Assembly: GCA_008632985.1 (NCBI GenBank)
Contig: QPGO01000213.1
Span: 62,001-117,306, forward strand
Source of the DNA: Psammoneis japonica
Lineage: Eukaryota
Length of the DNA stretch: 55,306 bases
Reading direction: 5' to 3'
Every line of letters begins with the position of its first letter. The first letter of the stretch is position 1. The notes below the pieces were generated by a model, which was given only the letters and a program-made list of their open reading frames with translations, was not told where the DNA came from and did no database searches. Of the stretch, positions 38,260 to 49,221 are shown one piece after another. A program made the translations under genes and the position numbers.

Positions 38260-38930
38260 CAAAGAAATGCACCCTCTCTGGCTCTTGCAGCTGTTGCCAA
38301 TTCTGCTGACAACCCAAAACTTGGGAGGAAGCCATGAGTGGACCTGATCTCGCCGCCTGTCTCAAGGCTTGTGATGTCAAAATTGACTCCCTTGTTGATG
38401 ACAAAGATGCTTGGGAAGAAGTTGACTGCCAAGATTGGACAAACATCCTGTCATCCACTTGGGCCTTCAGATGCAAACAATGCCCTGATGGGTCAATTCA
38501 AAAACACAAAGCCTGATTCTGTGTCCGTGGTGACAAGAAATTGGAATGTGTTGGCCACTTTGATGCCTTTGCTCCACTGCAGATTGGACAATGGCACAGC
38601 TGATGCTTGTGCTGTCTCAAATTTTTGAGCTCTCAACCAAACAAGTTGATTGTGTTGCTGCTTTTGTCCATGCTCCAATTGACAACGATCCAAAAGCATG
38701 GGACAACATGATGCGTGAAGAGTGAGAGCACTCTGGACAATCGCGGGGCTTTGACTCCAGCTGACATCATGCCAAGCTCCAAGCACTGTGCCATCAAGTG
38801 TCAGGCTTTGCTTGCAGCTGAAACCAAATCAAGTCACTGTGTCCAAGATTGCAACAGATTTTAACAAAGGGACTCATCACAGCCAAATTGAGTCTGTTCA
38901 CAAGTTGCTCTGCGGTTGGTGGCTTCTTTG
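38260..38930 (+). mobile_element. Ty1/copia (CoDi-like) pol remnant: RT N-terminus joined by deletion to the RNase H C-terminus
   Basis: WEEAMSGPD...AWEEVD...NILSSTWAFRCKQCPDGSIQKHKA*FCVRGD; QVDCVAAFVHAPID; ILTKGL...KLLCGW. Confidence 0.92.
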
Positions 38931-41339
38931 TTGAAATCATGCATGACTCGCACACGCTCATGCTTGCGCGTGCAATTTTCTGCTTCCAGCCTTGCACCTG
39001 CAGCACTGTGTGGTGCTCTCTAGAGAGTGCAAAACAAGACATTGGCACGCAGCTCCGTTGATTGCATTGCTGTCATTGGCCCTGCTGCTGGCAATGCATT
39101 TGCCATTCACCCTCCAGCTGATCTCTTCCAACTCTCAGACAACAGTCATTGCACCCACAAAATGACAACAAAGCATCATCATCTTTGCTGTCATCCATGG
39201 TAAATCATGCATCATGCATCCAGAACCATGAGCACAGCATGTCACATCAAGCACTGGGAGACCATGACATGCATTGCCAGCCCCTGTTGGACCTCTCCCC
39301 AACAAACAAGAACAACGCAGTCTGCCAGCAAGGAAGAAGAATGCATGTGCAACAACAAAACAAAGGCACAAGACCCTGCACAGCATGCCAACAACAATTT
39401 AGATTCGCTTGATCAAGCAGCTGCAATGCACTGGGCTGAACGTGCTCAAGTGCTGCAACACAAACTGCACCAGCAACAAGCAACAAGACACAAAGCAGCT
39501 TGTTCCCAAGTTTGTTTTGGAAAGAAAAGCATTCAAGCTGAAGTGCAAGGAGCAGTTGGACATTTGTTGTGGGGAACTGGCACCAGAATTGCAAGAAGAA
39601 AACAAGGAATTGCAACATCAAGTGAGTGCACTGGAAGAGGTGAGTTGCTCCTTGTGTCAGCAAGCATCTGAGTTGAGCCGATTGGCACAAGTTTCAGACT
39701 CAGGAAATTGCAAGCTTTGGCAAGAAAAGAAAGAGCTGCAAATGGAAGCCAACAGACAAGACAAGCAAACTCTTGAACATGAGTGGACAGAACAGCGCAG
39801 TGACTTGAGCAAGCTGAGCATGCACAAGCAATTGGGTGATGATGCGGAACCCAATGTGATTGGTTGGGAAACATCAGGGTGAAGCACAAGTGCTGTGAAG
39901 GAAGCAGAGGGGCCTTGTCTTTTTAAATTGCTGGGCATTTTTGAAGAGGCCATGGGTGATGAGGTTGAAAAGTCTTGGTTGGAATCTGACAGTCACATGA
40001 TGTGCCATGAAACGGACGAAACATCCACTCCACTGTGCAAGGAATGTGTCGCCGTTTTGGAGGCTCTCACACAAATGTGATGAGTGCTGACAATGAAGAA
40101 GAAAGCAACAAACATGCAGATGTTGCATTGCTGGTGGGTTTGACAAAAGGAATTCAGCAAGAAGCATCACACCAGAGGAGGAAGTGTCAGTCATCAGATG
40201 GCATCCGCGACTGAACGAATCATCCACTCAAGATTTCAAATTCTGTCCTTCAATGGAAGAAGAATTTCGGCATTGCCTGACAATGTTGTGTGTGCAAGCA
40301 TCCAACAAAATGCAAACCTGCAATGAGTTGCTGCACAAAGAATGAAGTGGGTTGCTGTGCAAAACATTGGATTTGTTGGAAGCCAGCACCAGGCAGTCAA
40401 TGGCATGGAGACACGCGATTGTCGCGCGGTCACAAACTGACTCGACAAACTTGTTTCTTCTCATGCACTCAAGTGCCGCCAACAAAAAGACACTCTCAAC
40501 AAACAATGCAATTGCAGTGGACACACGTTGGCTGCCCATGTCACACAACATCATGGGCAGTGAATGCCGCGTGCAGCGGCATTGGATGGCAAGAGTTTGA
40601 GCTCAGTCCTTGCATTTGGTGTGCATTGTGCATGAATCAAGTGCCGGCAAGACCTGCCATGATGCAGTGGCATCCTCCACCTGCACTGAATCATTGTTGA
40701 GACCACCTGTGTTGCTGCTCATGGCATCCAACAGTGACTCGGCCCATCCCACCCCAGCTTTCACAACTTCGATCCAGACTGTCATTGTGAACAAACCGAG
40801 TTTCACTCCCCCCCACACACATGCCACTGACTGCAACATTTAGTCCAGTCAAGCAAGCACCCTTGAAGCCCTGCAACCATCATCCCTGCATCCATCTGCA
40901 CACACATGGAGTGCGACAGGGGTGCTTTGGACACAACCAAAGATCAACTGGTTTGGCATTTCCATGGCACTGTCCAAGATGTGTTGACTGCTGCTGGTCC
41001 CCATTTTTTTTAAGTGTTTTACTTGTGCGCCGAGCACAGCGGATGATCGTTTCGATTTGACTGTCAGTGCCCATTGCATCTGACTCTCTCCAGTTTCTCA
41101 TGTTTTTAATGAAGCATTTTATTGTGGCGTCCTGCATGCTCAACGCAAGAGCGCTGCTTGCCTGTCGGAGGGAGTTTCGGGAGACATACGGACAGTGTCG
41201 GAGGGAGTTTCCATTCGGGCGAACGGCAAAAAAAAACACGCCACACCATGGCGTAAATCTTCAAGGAAGAAACTGCTTGATTTACCGTAAGTGCCAAGAA
41301 AATGTGTTTTTAGATCACTCGCTCCTATCACGGGTTGCA

Positions 41340-42000
41340 ATGAGCCAGAAAAAGACGGCATGGAGGTGGAGGATAAGAGCAATGAGGCGTCGTCTGCATC
41401 TCCAGGAAATTATTCTTCTCTTGAAGGCAAGCAAAACAAAACAAAGGCTTCCACCAAGAGCAAGCAATCAACGTCTTAGTCCACCGCAGTCTTGCACTCC
41501 AATGCCGTTGGTGGTGGTGTTGATGCACATCCGTTTGCTCGTGGATCTCTGGGAAAATGAGGATGATGATGTTACTACAGTCGAGGGACGAGCCGGCAGT
41601 GGGCCTAGTATCCGAGCACATCATCCTCACGGCGATTGATCATGTCGCTGTGGGTGATAAGTAGCGTTATTATGTGCATTACCGCTACTTCAATCGACGT
41701 GTGGACGAATGGGTTGGCATGGGTCGCATTGTGTCACCTCCTTCATTTGGGAATGCCAAAGCTCGAGTGATAAAAAGGACGAAGAACGTCGAAAGCGAAA
41801 GCAAGCGCGATTGGAGGAACGGAATGCGGAAAACACTGAAGATTCACTGCCGGCACACGGAGTAGACGGAAGCCGCCGTGGGCGGTGCTACTGCTACTAC
41901 TACTTCAGCTGAAGAATCGTCTACGGACGCTGCTGCGGCTATGGTCTCGGATCTAGCGTCAACAACTACAACACCTCGCATGACACGCCCAACGTGCTGA
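41340..42000 (+). pseudogene. N-terminal fragment of a MYST histone acetyltransferase (Tudor-knot/chromo-barrel)
   Basis: RYYVHYRYFNRRVDEWVGMGRIVSPPS at ~41665-41745, followed by a frameshifted charged segment. No HAT domain follows. Confidence 0.75.
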
Positions 42001-42206
42001 CGGTGACGTGTTTTCGGTGTGCAAACGGGGTGTTTTGTTTGACGCGTCTCACTGTATGACGCCACGTATATTTATCTCTTTTATTGCCATTCGTATACAC
42101 CCATTGAGCTCGAAGGAATCACGTCGAATACAGCTAGCCGCGTACAGAAAGTTCTTCGGCAGTACAAGTCGATAGTCGATTGATCAAACGAATTATTGGC
42201 CGAGCC

Positions 42207-42449
42207 TTTTTCAGCTTTAACAGAACCTACCTTTGGAGAAGAATATACTACACCGCAAGTTGATGATGGTGCAGTGCAGCCAAGAACATCGTTCAGGGAG
42301 TCTTCGTTTCGGGAATCAATGCAACCGTCTTTTTCAGCTTTAACAGAACCTTTGGAGAAGAATATACTACACCGCAAGTTGATGATGGTGCAGTACAGCC
42401 AAGAACATCGTTCAGGGAGTCTTCGTTTCGGGAATCAATGCAACCGTCT
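42207..42449 (+). repeat. Recent tandem duplication of ~120 bp
   Basis: ttttcagctttaacagaacc...gggaatcaatgcaaccgtct occurs twice, differing by a 4-bp indel and gtgca vs gtaca. Confidence 0.9.
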
Positions 42450-42469
42450 TTGTATACGGACAAACCTGT

Positions 42470-43200
42470 AGTGGTAAGACCTACAAGATGCAGGGTTTCG
42501 GTTCAATTGAAAAGAAGGCTACAAATCTACCGGTGGAGGCGTTGTACATACCGGTATGACTACCAATGATCCATTTAATCACATTGCCGAGACACGAGAC
42601 ACCAGACCGAATGTTCTTGGTTCGAACGTCATTCTTTGAAGTCTTCAACGAGGAAGTGCCTGAGTTGCTCGGCGAGAACGATGTGCACAAGTACGAGAAG
42701 ACCCTCGACATGGATGGTTTGTGAACAGCCACGAGGAGGATGTTAACGATTTTGATCGCATCATGGAGGTACTATTTGCTGGAGAGAAGAACCGGGCTGT
42801 AGCATCTACCTGCATAAATGAACGCTCTTCCCTATCTCATACCATTCCGTATCACCGTCGAAAGTCGGTGGAAGACGGATCAAGATTTATGACGATACAT
42901 CAGTGATAAGCATAACCACGAAAACAAAGATTACGGTGCCATTCATATCTACACTCTGAACTTGGTCGACTCAGCTAGTTCCGAGATCGTTCCTCACTGT
43001 AATAGTCAGAAAGAAGGAGGAAAGATCAATAAGTGGTGAGTTGCTTTGAGAGCTTGCAAACTCTCATCTATTGTACTCTCAACTTTTACACAATACCTGT
43101 CCTTTATCTGCAGTCAATCTCGCTTTGGCAAACTGTTAAAGGAAACACTCCGAGGAGCCTTTAACTCCGAAGAGACTGCTACATGTTGTAGGAACGATTA
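42470..43200 (+). pseudogene. Kinesin motor-domain pseudogene fragment (kinesin-7/CENP-E-like)
   Basis: SGKTYKMQG (P-loop), FLVRTSFFEVFNEEV.ELL, GEKNRAVASTCINERSSLSHTI (switch I), TLNLVDSASSE (decayed LVDLAGSE), KEGGKINK, then a gtgagt...cag intron. Multiple stops. Confidence 0.85.
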
Positions 43201-44169
43201 ACGTGATCTCCCCATCGGGTGAAATGCGCATGGAATAAATATTTAAACTAAACTAAAACAAGATGTGTTGACTGCTAGTCCCCATCAGATTTGCGTCTGA
43301 TGACTCATGCTCCCTCACCACGGCACGGTCGTCAACAAGAAGGAGTGCTGCTGCCTGTGGTACCCTTGGGGGGCCCCGTGCAGGTTGTTAATAGCCCGTC
43401 AGCTCTTACAACAGCCATGTTCAATGTTTTTTTACGATTAACATGAAAAACTCGGGGCTTTCTTAAACTTGGTGCTTTCCTAACCAAGGGGCCTGTTGTT
43501 TGCTTGGCGCCCCGCCAAGGTTCTGGGCTTGTCTTTTTCATCGAGGTGCTTTCCTAACCTCGCCGTTTTAGTTGTAAACATCGAGTTTCGTCTCGAGTGG
43601 GGTTTCCTGAGGGTGCAGAGAATGGTACACTCTCTGTGCATCACCCAACAGGCGGTCGTCCTACCGTACCGAGACACTCGTCAGTGCCAGCAATTGTAAG
43701 AATGTTTAAACCTGCATGAGAAGGAAGAAGGTATAACTCAGCCAGTTTGGCATCGTTGGAAAGGGGTTAGCACTTCTTCATGTCTTGCAGAGCGCCGCAA
43801 CCATACTGCAGTGCAGAGAGGGCGGTCGATGCAGAAGAAGTGAGACGAAAACACGTCGTGCAGCGAAGATCACGAGACGACGAACAAACAATGTGGCCAA
43901 ATCTTTATTGAGCTGGCCTGCCTTTTTCAATTCAAACACTCACATCACGCCTTCTTGGCTTCGAATGAGCTGCAACATATTATATACATTGATTAGAACA
44001 ACAATTCATTCGTGGCGCCAATTTGAACGGAAAAGAGGCCTCCCACCGCACCTGTGCAACGCTTTTCGCGCCTTCCGCGGCGATTTCAAAAGAGTGTGGC
44101 TGGCGGGCAAAGTGCGCCTAAAAATAAATAAGGAGTTTTTTAGCGGGGACGTTAAAGTTTTGCCGTTGA

Positions 44170-46770
44170 AGCAATTCAAAACCGATGGCGTGCCTTTCCG
44201 ACGGCGGATTGAAATCAACATTGTCTTTGAAATTTTCAAATCAACCCAGACGAACTTTTTTTGCTCAACTCGCAGCTTCCATGAGAACATTTTTTCTGAA
44301 TCACATGGGCATTCTGCAGGAGTCGATGAGGTTGTGCGGCGAACAACACTCCATTCATGTGGGGTTCGACGAGTGGAGGACACTGTTCTGCAGGAATCAC
44401 TGAGATTCTGAGAGTGTTTTTGGAGCAGGAAAATGTTTGGGCAAACCTTTTCAGACAAAGACAACACTCTCAAAGTTCAAGTTAGAGCAGGTGAAGAACC
44501 TTGAGGAATCCTGCAGGCTGCACAGTGCATTTGACCCACCAACACATTTGACCCTGGGGCAAAGATTTGTGAAAAGCGCAGTGGAGACATTGAGCTTTTG
44601 CAGCTGAAGCAGTTCAAAACCGATGGCATGCCTCGCTTGTCTCCGACAATTCAAACAAATTGTTTTTGAAATTTTCAAATGAACCCACAATGCATTTTTT
44701 GCTCAACTCACAGTTTTGGCCCAGCATGAGAACATCTCCAAATCACATGAACCCATGCATTCTGCAGAAGTCAGCAGGTGTGCCTCTTTGCGAGAATTGT
44801 CCCTTCCTGTGCATTGGCAGGAAGTGCAGCCACAATCCATGCACAGGCCCAGTGCTTGCCGAACAGCACCAACAGATGAGGGAAAATTGGCGGGAGTTTT
44901 GCCGGCTTTCTTGGACAGGGCCTCAAAGCCCATTCAATCAAAGATGGGGTTGCCCTCGTCAATGACGTGAAGGCTGTCACTGCCGCAATTCTTGCTCGGA
45001 AGACAGACATCAAATTCAATGTCACAACCCCTCCAATGAAAAAAGACAACAGCATGGTGCATGCCCAAGTGTGACATCGCGCAACAACAATGCACAACAC
45101 CTCCCATCAGCGTGCAAACAGATGCGTCTGGCCCATGTCAAGATTGGGTGGCATCATCACAAGTCCGTGGACTTGGGGCAGAAAGACCCCCATTTGCTTG
45201 CAATCACAGAAAGTTGTGCCTCTGACCAGGAGGAGGACACCAAGCTGTGCAGAACAACTCCAAACCAATCTGGCCACACTCCTCTTTCTGTTTGTTGGAC
45301 ATCTCTCACTCCAGCTGTCACCTCCATGATTTGAGAAACGGCACCTGCCTCTGTCACCATTTGCCATCATGTTGAAGACAGTCACATCAAACGCACCATG
45401 TGGGTTTTCACCCATGTCAACTGGAAAGCATGCGTTGTCAGCTGTGTGCTGTCCAAAAACTTTCCTCAGTGTGGTGAAGCATGTTTTCATGCGCCTGGTG
45501 AGGGAAGAAGAAAGCATCTTCTCAGCCTTTTTGTTTGTGCAGTGCTTTGCAAACTGGCGCCGTTGGCTGTTGTCATCATCAGGATTTGGGCCCAAGGCAA
45601 AGAGTTTGAGCAACTTGATGAAAGCTTGGTTGAAGAACTTGCAGCAGTGAAGAAGGTCAACTGAAAGCGGGGGGGGGGGGGCACATGACAGCTGTGGGAC
45701 AGTCGCTTTCTTAATTTAGAATGTCGCTCAACAGGGAGTTGCAATCAACATGGACAGGAGGGGCATCAAAGTCCTTGTCAGCAGGAGAGAGGTTGTGTGC
45801 CAGCCCCAGTGGATTCTTGGGATCAAACAAGGAATCTGTGACCAGGCCAACATCGGCGGGCAACAGGAGGAGGAGAAGCTGCATCATCTGCTGGCGTTGG
45901 CAGTGGCTGCATTGGTGGCAGTCACATTGGCAGCAGCGGCATGCAATCAACCAACCTCCGTGTCGGCAATGCAGGGGTGGGCACCATTGCAACATGGTCT
46001 TCGCTCTCAGCAGCAATTTTGTTGACTCACAACGAAAATTTGCCTGCAAAGCCAGGCCATGGCAATGACAAAGTTGGCTTGCTCTGAAGCCCAAAAGTTT
46101 GCTCCTTGTTTTGGCTTGCCAAATTGGCTGGAGTTGCATGCCCAATGGTCTTCGCTCTCAGCAGCAATTTTGTTGACTCACAACGAAAATTTGCCTGCAA
46201 AGCCAGGCCATGGCAATGACAAAGTTGGCTTGCTCTGAAGCCCAAAAGTTTGCTCCTTGTTTTGGCTTGCCAAATTAGCTGGAGTTGCATGCCCAGTGCT
46301 GCTGCGCGCAGCTTTGACACCCGCGCTCCTTCTTTTTTAATTCTGGCGAAGTTTGAGTTGGTTGGCAACAGAAAGCTCATCTCTGGTCTGCTTTTTTTGG
46401 CTTGTCTCTAGAGTCTGGGCTGCTGCTCTGTGTGTGTGTGCATGCTACAAAACAGTTGACCATTGTGGCAAGGCAATTTGTTGGCCACAACAGAGGGCTT
46501 TGCTTGTGCGCGGCAATGTTTGGTTGGTTGGCGCGAAAATTGAAAATGTTGTGGCAGCATGCACCCCCCAAAAAGTGCAGCCAAATGTGGGTCTTCATTG
46601 GTGGCAGATGCACGAAGAATCAAGCTGGGGGACAAGGTTGACAGACTGCATGTGCAGCCAGTCCTTCCAGTCTGCTGCACTGTGCATCACAGATCTGCAG
46701 TCACAGTGACGTCTGTTCTTGCTCAGTTGTGCCGACAGTCTGTCAATGGTTGAGAAGTTTTTTTTAGGAT
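44170..46770. mobile_element. Degenerate repeat/TE block E; related sequence continues to the left with normal composition
   Basis: TA essentially absent from 44170 onward; internal diverged repeat 44148-44323 vs 44586-44772. Confidence 0.65.
45994..46295 (+). repeat. 151-bp tandem duplication with a single mismatch
   Basis: 45994-46144 vs 46145-46295; the only difference is aaattGgctg (46126) vs aaattAgctg (46277). Confidence 0.95.
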
Positions 46771-47093
46771 GACCTCGCAGACCCCATAACCCATATATCG
46801 ATCGAAAGCTCGTGACGAGCTGAATGAGGTCCAACGCATGTTGTATCGGTCGGGGTGACTGGAAAGCGAATGTTTTTCGTTGAAAACTTGTTAGTTACTT
46901 AAGAAAAAATAACTGTTATGTTCGATTATCCCTAATTAACATTTATGTTTATATACCATTATTAAATGTATAAAAAATATGACATTTAATCCGGAGTTCG
47001 GAAAGGTCATACAGATTTGGATACTATATAAATTACTTAGGGACAGTTTTTTTCTAGACTTTGCTATTGTTCTGGAGCCTCCACAATGGCCGA

Positions 47094-47166
47094 TATTGAA
47101 AATCGGCTTTCGTCACCCACTGCAACTTGGTGTTATGTAGTGGGTGACGAAAGCCGATTTTCGATA
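47094..47166. repeat. 31-bp inverted repeat with an 11-nt loop
   Basis: tattgaaaatcggctttcgtcacccactgca ... tgtagtgggtgacgaaagccgattttcgata; 24-bp perfect core. Confidence 0.92.
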
Positions 47167-47879
47167 AGTGTTTTCAGTATCGAGATTTTTGAAGAGCAAA
47201 AAAAACTTCGCTACCATTGACAGACCGTCGGTACACCAGTAGTTTGCTAGCCACACAAACACAGTAGTGCCGAGAGGTTCACTTTTCGTCGTATTTTGAG
47301 AATGTCAAAAGAAGTCACAACGACTGTCACGCATAAATGTTTCAGACATTTGGGTTGGCTGTCATTCGCTTGTGTAAAAAATTCTCATTTTGACAATTAC
47401 AGCAGTCATTGAGATCATTCCAATGACTTTCGTTCCAATGATGAGTACGATGGAAATTGTATCAGACTGCGCAAACTAATGACGCTTCGTGTCCTATGTG
47501 ACTTTGATGAAACAAAAGAGAGATCAATGACCCTTGTTTCTACTCAATTTTTCGTAGGATTCTCTAAACCTTCACTTATGACTCGCTCATCAGTGACCTC
47601 CATCCAAGAGAAGAACATTCGAGTTCACAGACGCATTTTGGTCGTCGCCCCCTCCGATTCTGTCGTCCATAAAAAGTACAAGAGTGAGCAAAAGCCGTCG
47701 ACAAAAATCAAAACGCGTCCCCCTTCTTCTTCCTCCGAAAGTTTTGATCAATTTCATCTGTTGCCAAATCGGACAAAGACGCATTTCTACTCATGCCAAA
47801 GCTCGTCGTTTCTTCCAGCTATTTCTGGTTGTGTCGGTGATACTTTCATCGAGATTCCCGATTGTGAAAGCGGACGGAT

Positions 47880-48737
47880 ATGGAAAAGTTCTTGGTAAGT
47901 TCACTTTTCTATTCATGTTTGTTCCTTGAAAGAAGTGGGGATAAAAGTTGCTCACGGTAATCTCTCGGTCCGAATTTGAACTCTCGAAAAGGAACTGCGA
48001 CAAATCTGCGCGGTACCGTTAATGGCACGAAAACCTCCAAAGAAGAAGTCCAGCAAGGCCATGTCACGAGGAAACTGCCGGAGGGAGGTGGCTCATCACA
48101 TTATGAAGAAGATATTCAACACAAGAATACCGATACGGCTACACACTTTGAGACGCGAGATGCTACCGGACCCCTTGATCCAGGCAGCGAAGGCACACAC
48201 TACGACGACGAAGAATACGAGGATCTCGATTTAAGCATGTACAACTTCACAGATGAGGAGTTGGAGTATATGGAATATAACGACACTTCGCAAGGAGGAG
48301 CTCTCGAGGAATTGGGAGGAGGATCAACCTTAGCTTTGTCAGAGCGATGCATGGAATGCAATCGAGCCGGTTGTCACAGTACGACGAACTACTCTTTTGC
48401 TCTTCCTCCCTTGGGCGACACCTGCAAGAGGTTGAAGTGCGATACCGCTCCTTGCTCACCGCCCCAATGTTGGCGTTGTCGCAGTCGAGGTTGCTACAGA
48501 GGTGGTATCGCCAACGTGCTGAGCGGAAACAAGGCGAAGGCCGAATTTTGTCAAACAAGGGGGTGCTTCTCGATGACATGTATAACCAATCAATGCACAA
48601 AGTGTAAGAAGATTGGGTGTTTCACTGTGAAACGCAAATCTGAAAAATTGCGAAAAAAGTGCTGGTTTTGGGGTTGCCCGAAATTAACCTGTGCTCGAGG
48701 CAAAGTAGCCCTTGCATCTAAGGTGCAGCTTCCGTGA
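47880..48737 (+). CDS. Probably secreted protein with an acidic Tyr-rich spacer and three 6-Cys repeats; 5' end disrupted or unresolved
   Basis: The 253-aa ORF has three C-x2-C-x3-GC-x13/18-C-x4-C-x4-C units. The in-frame ATG at 47880 (MEKFLVSSLF...) is separated from it by a TAA at 47958. Confidence 0.65.
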
Positions 48738-49221
48738 TGTACTGTGGCATTCGTTCAACCTTATCGGAGCTCCCCCATGTAGTATCCCGTCAATCTGAGT
48801 TTAACAGTAGTACTTGTATGTAGAAAACGCAATCATACTTTCGTTCAGTAGGCGTACAGCAGCTGATCAAGCTGGTCACGACAAATATGTTGATACTTGG
48901 CGTGTTGCTCCCGAATGCAGATTGTTATCGTTTCGTGCTCCGCAGGAAGGAAAGGAAAGAAGAAGTGATATCCGGTATCTTTTTTGAAACATTGATGACG
49001 TGGCATACACGACTGAAGAGCTTATACCGCCGCCACCACGACACACGAACACGACTCACACGACAAATCGGCGCACGCATGCGCACGCTACGCATCCATT
49101 CATTTCCGCATTTCTGCTTCTCTCATCTCCTTCGATTTGGTCTTACTGTATTCATTCTTTTTGTTGTTGTGCGTGTGAGTTTTGTCGCTAGTGTGATTGT
49201 ACCTACTTCTATCAAATAACG

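Larger units (their letters stand above)
35050..41100. mobile_element. Degenerate nested TE/repeat block D (TpA- and CpG-depleted)
   Basis: Composition as in blocks A-C; contains a satellite array, Copia pol remnants and a decayed coiled-coil ORF (~39400-40080). Confidence 0.8.

Noticed and set aside
38334..38560. TGA readthrough, selenocysteine or an alternative genetic code in the TE ORFs
   Set aside because: The TGA falls at a conserved Arg (CGA) position, and neighbouring intact genes use TGA as a normal stop.
47479..47898. 139-aa ORF as an upstream exon of the Cys-repeat gene
   Set aside because: It has no recognisable motif, and I found no acceptor that joins it in frame past the TAA at 47958.
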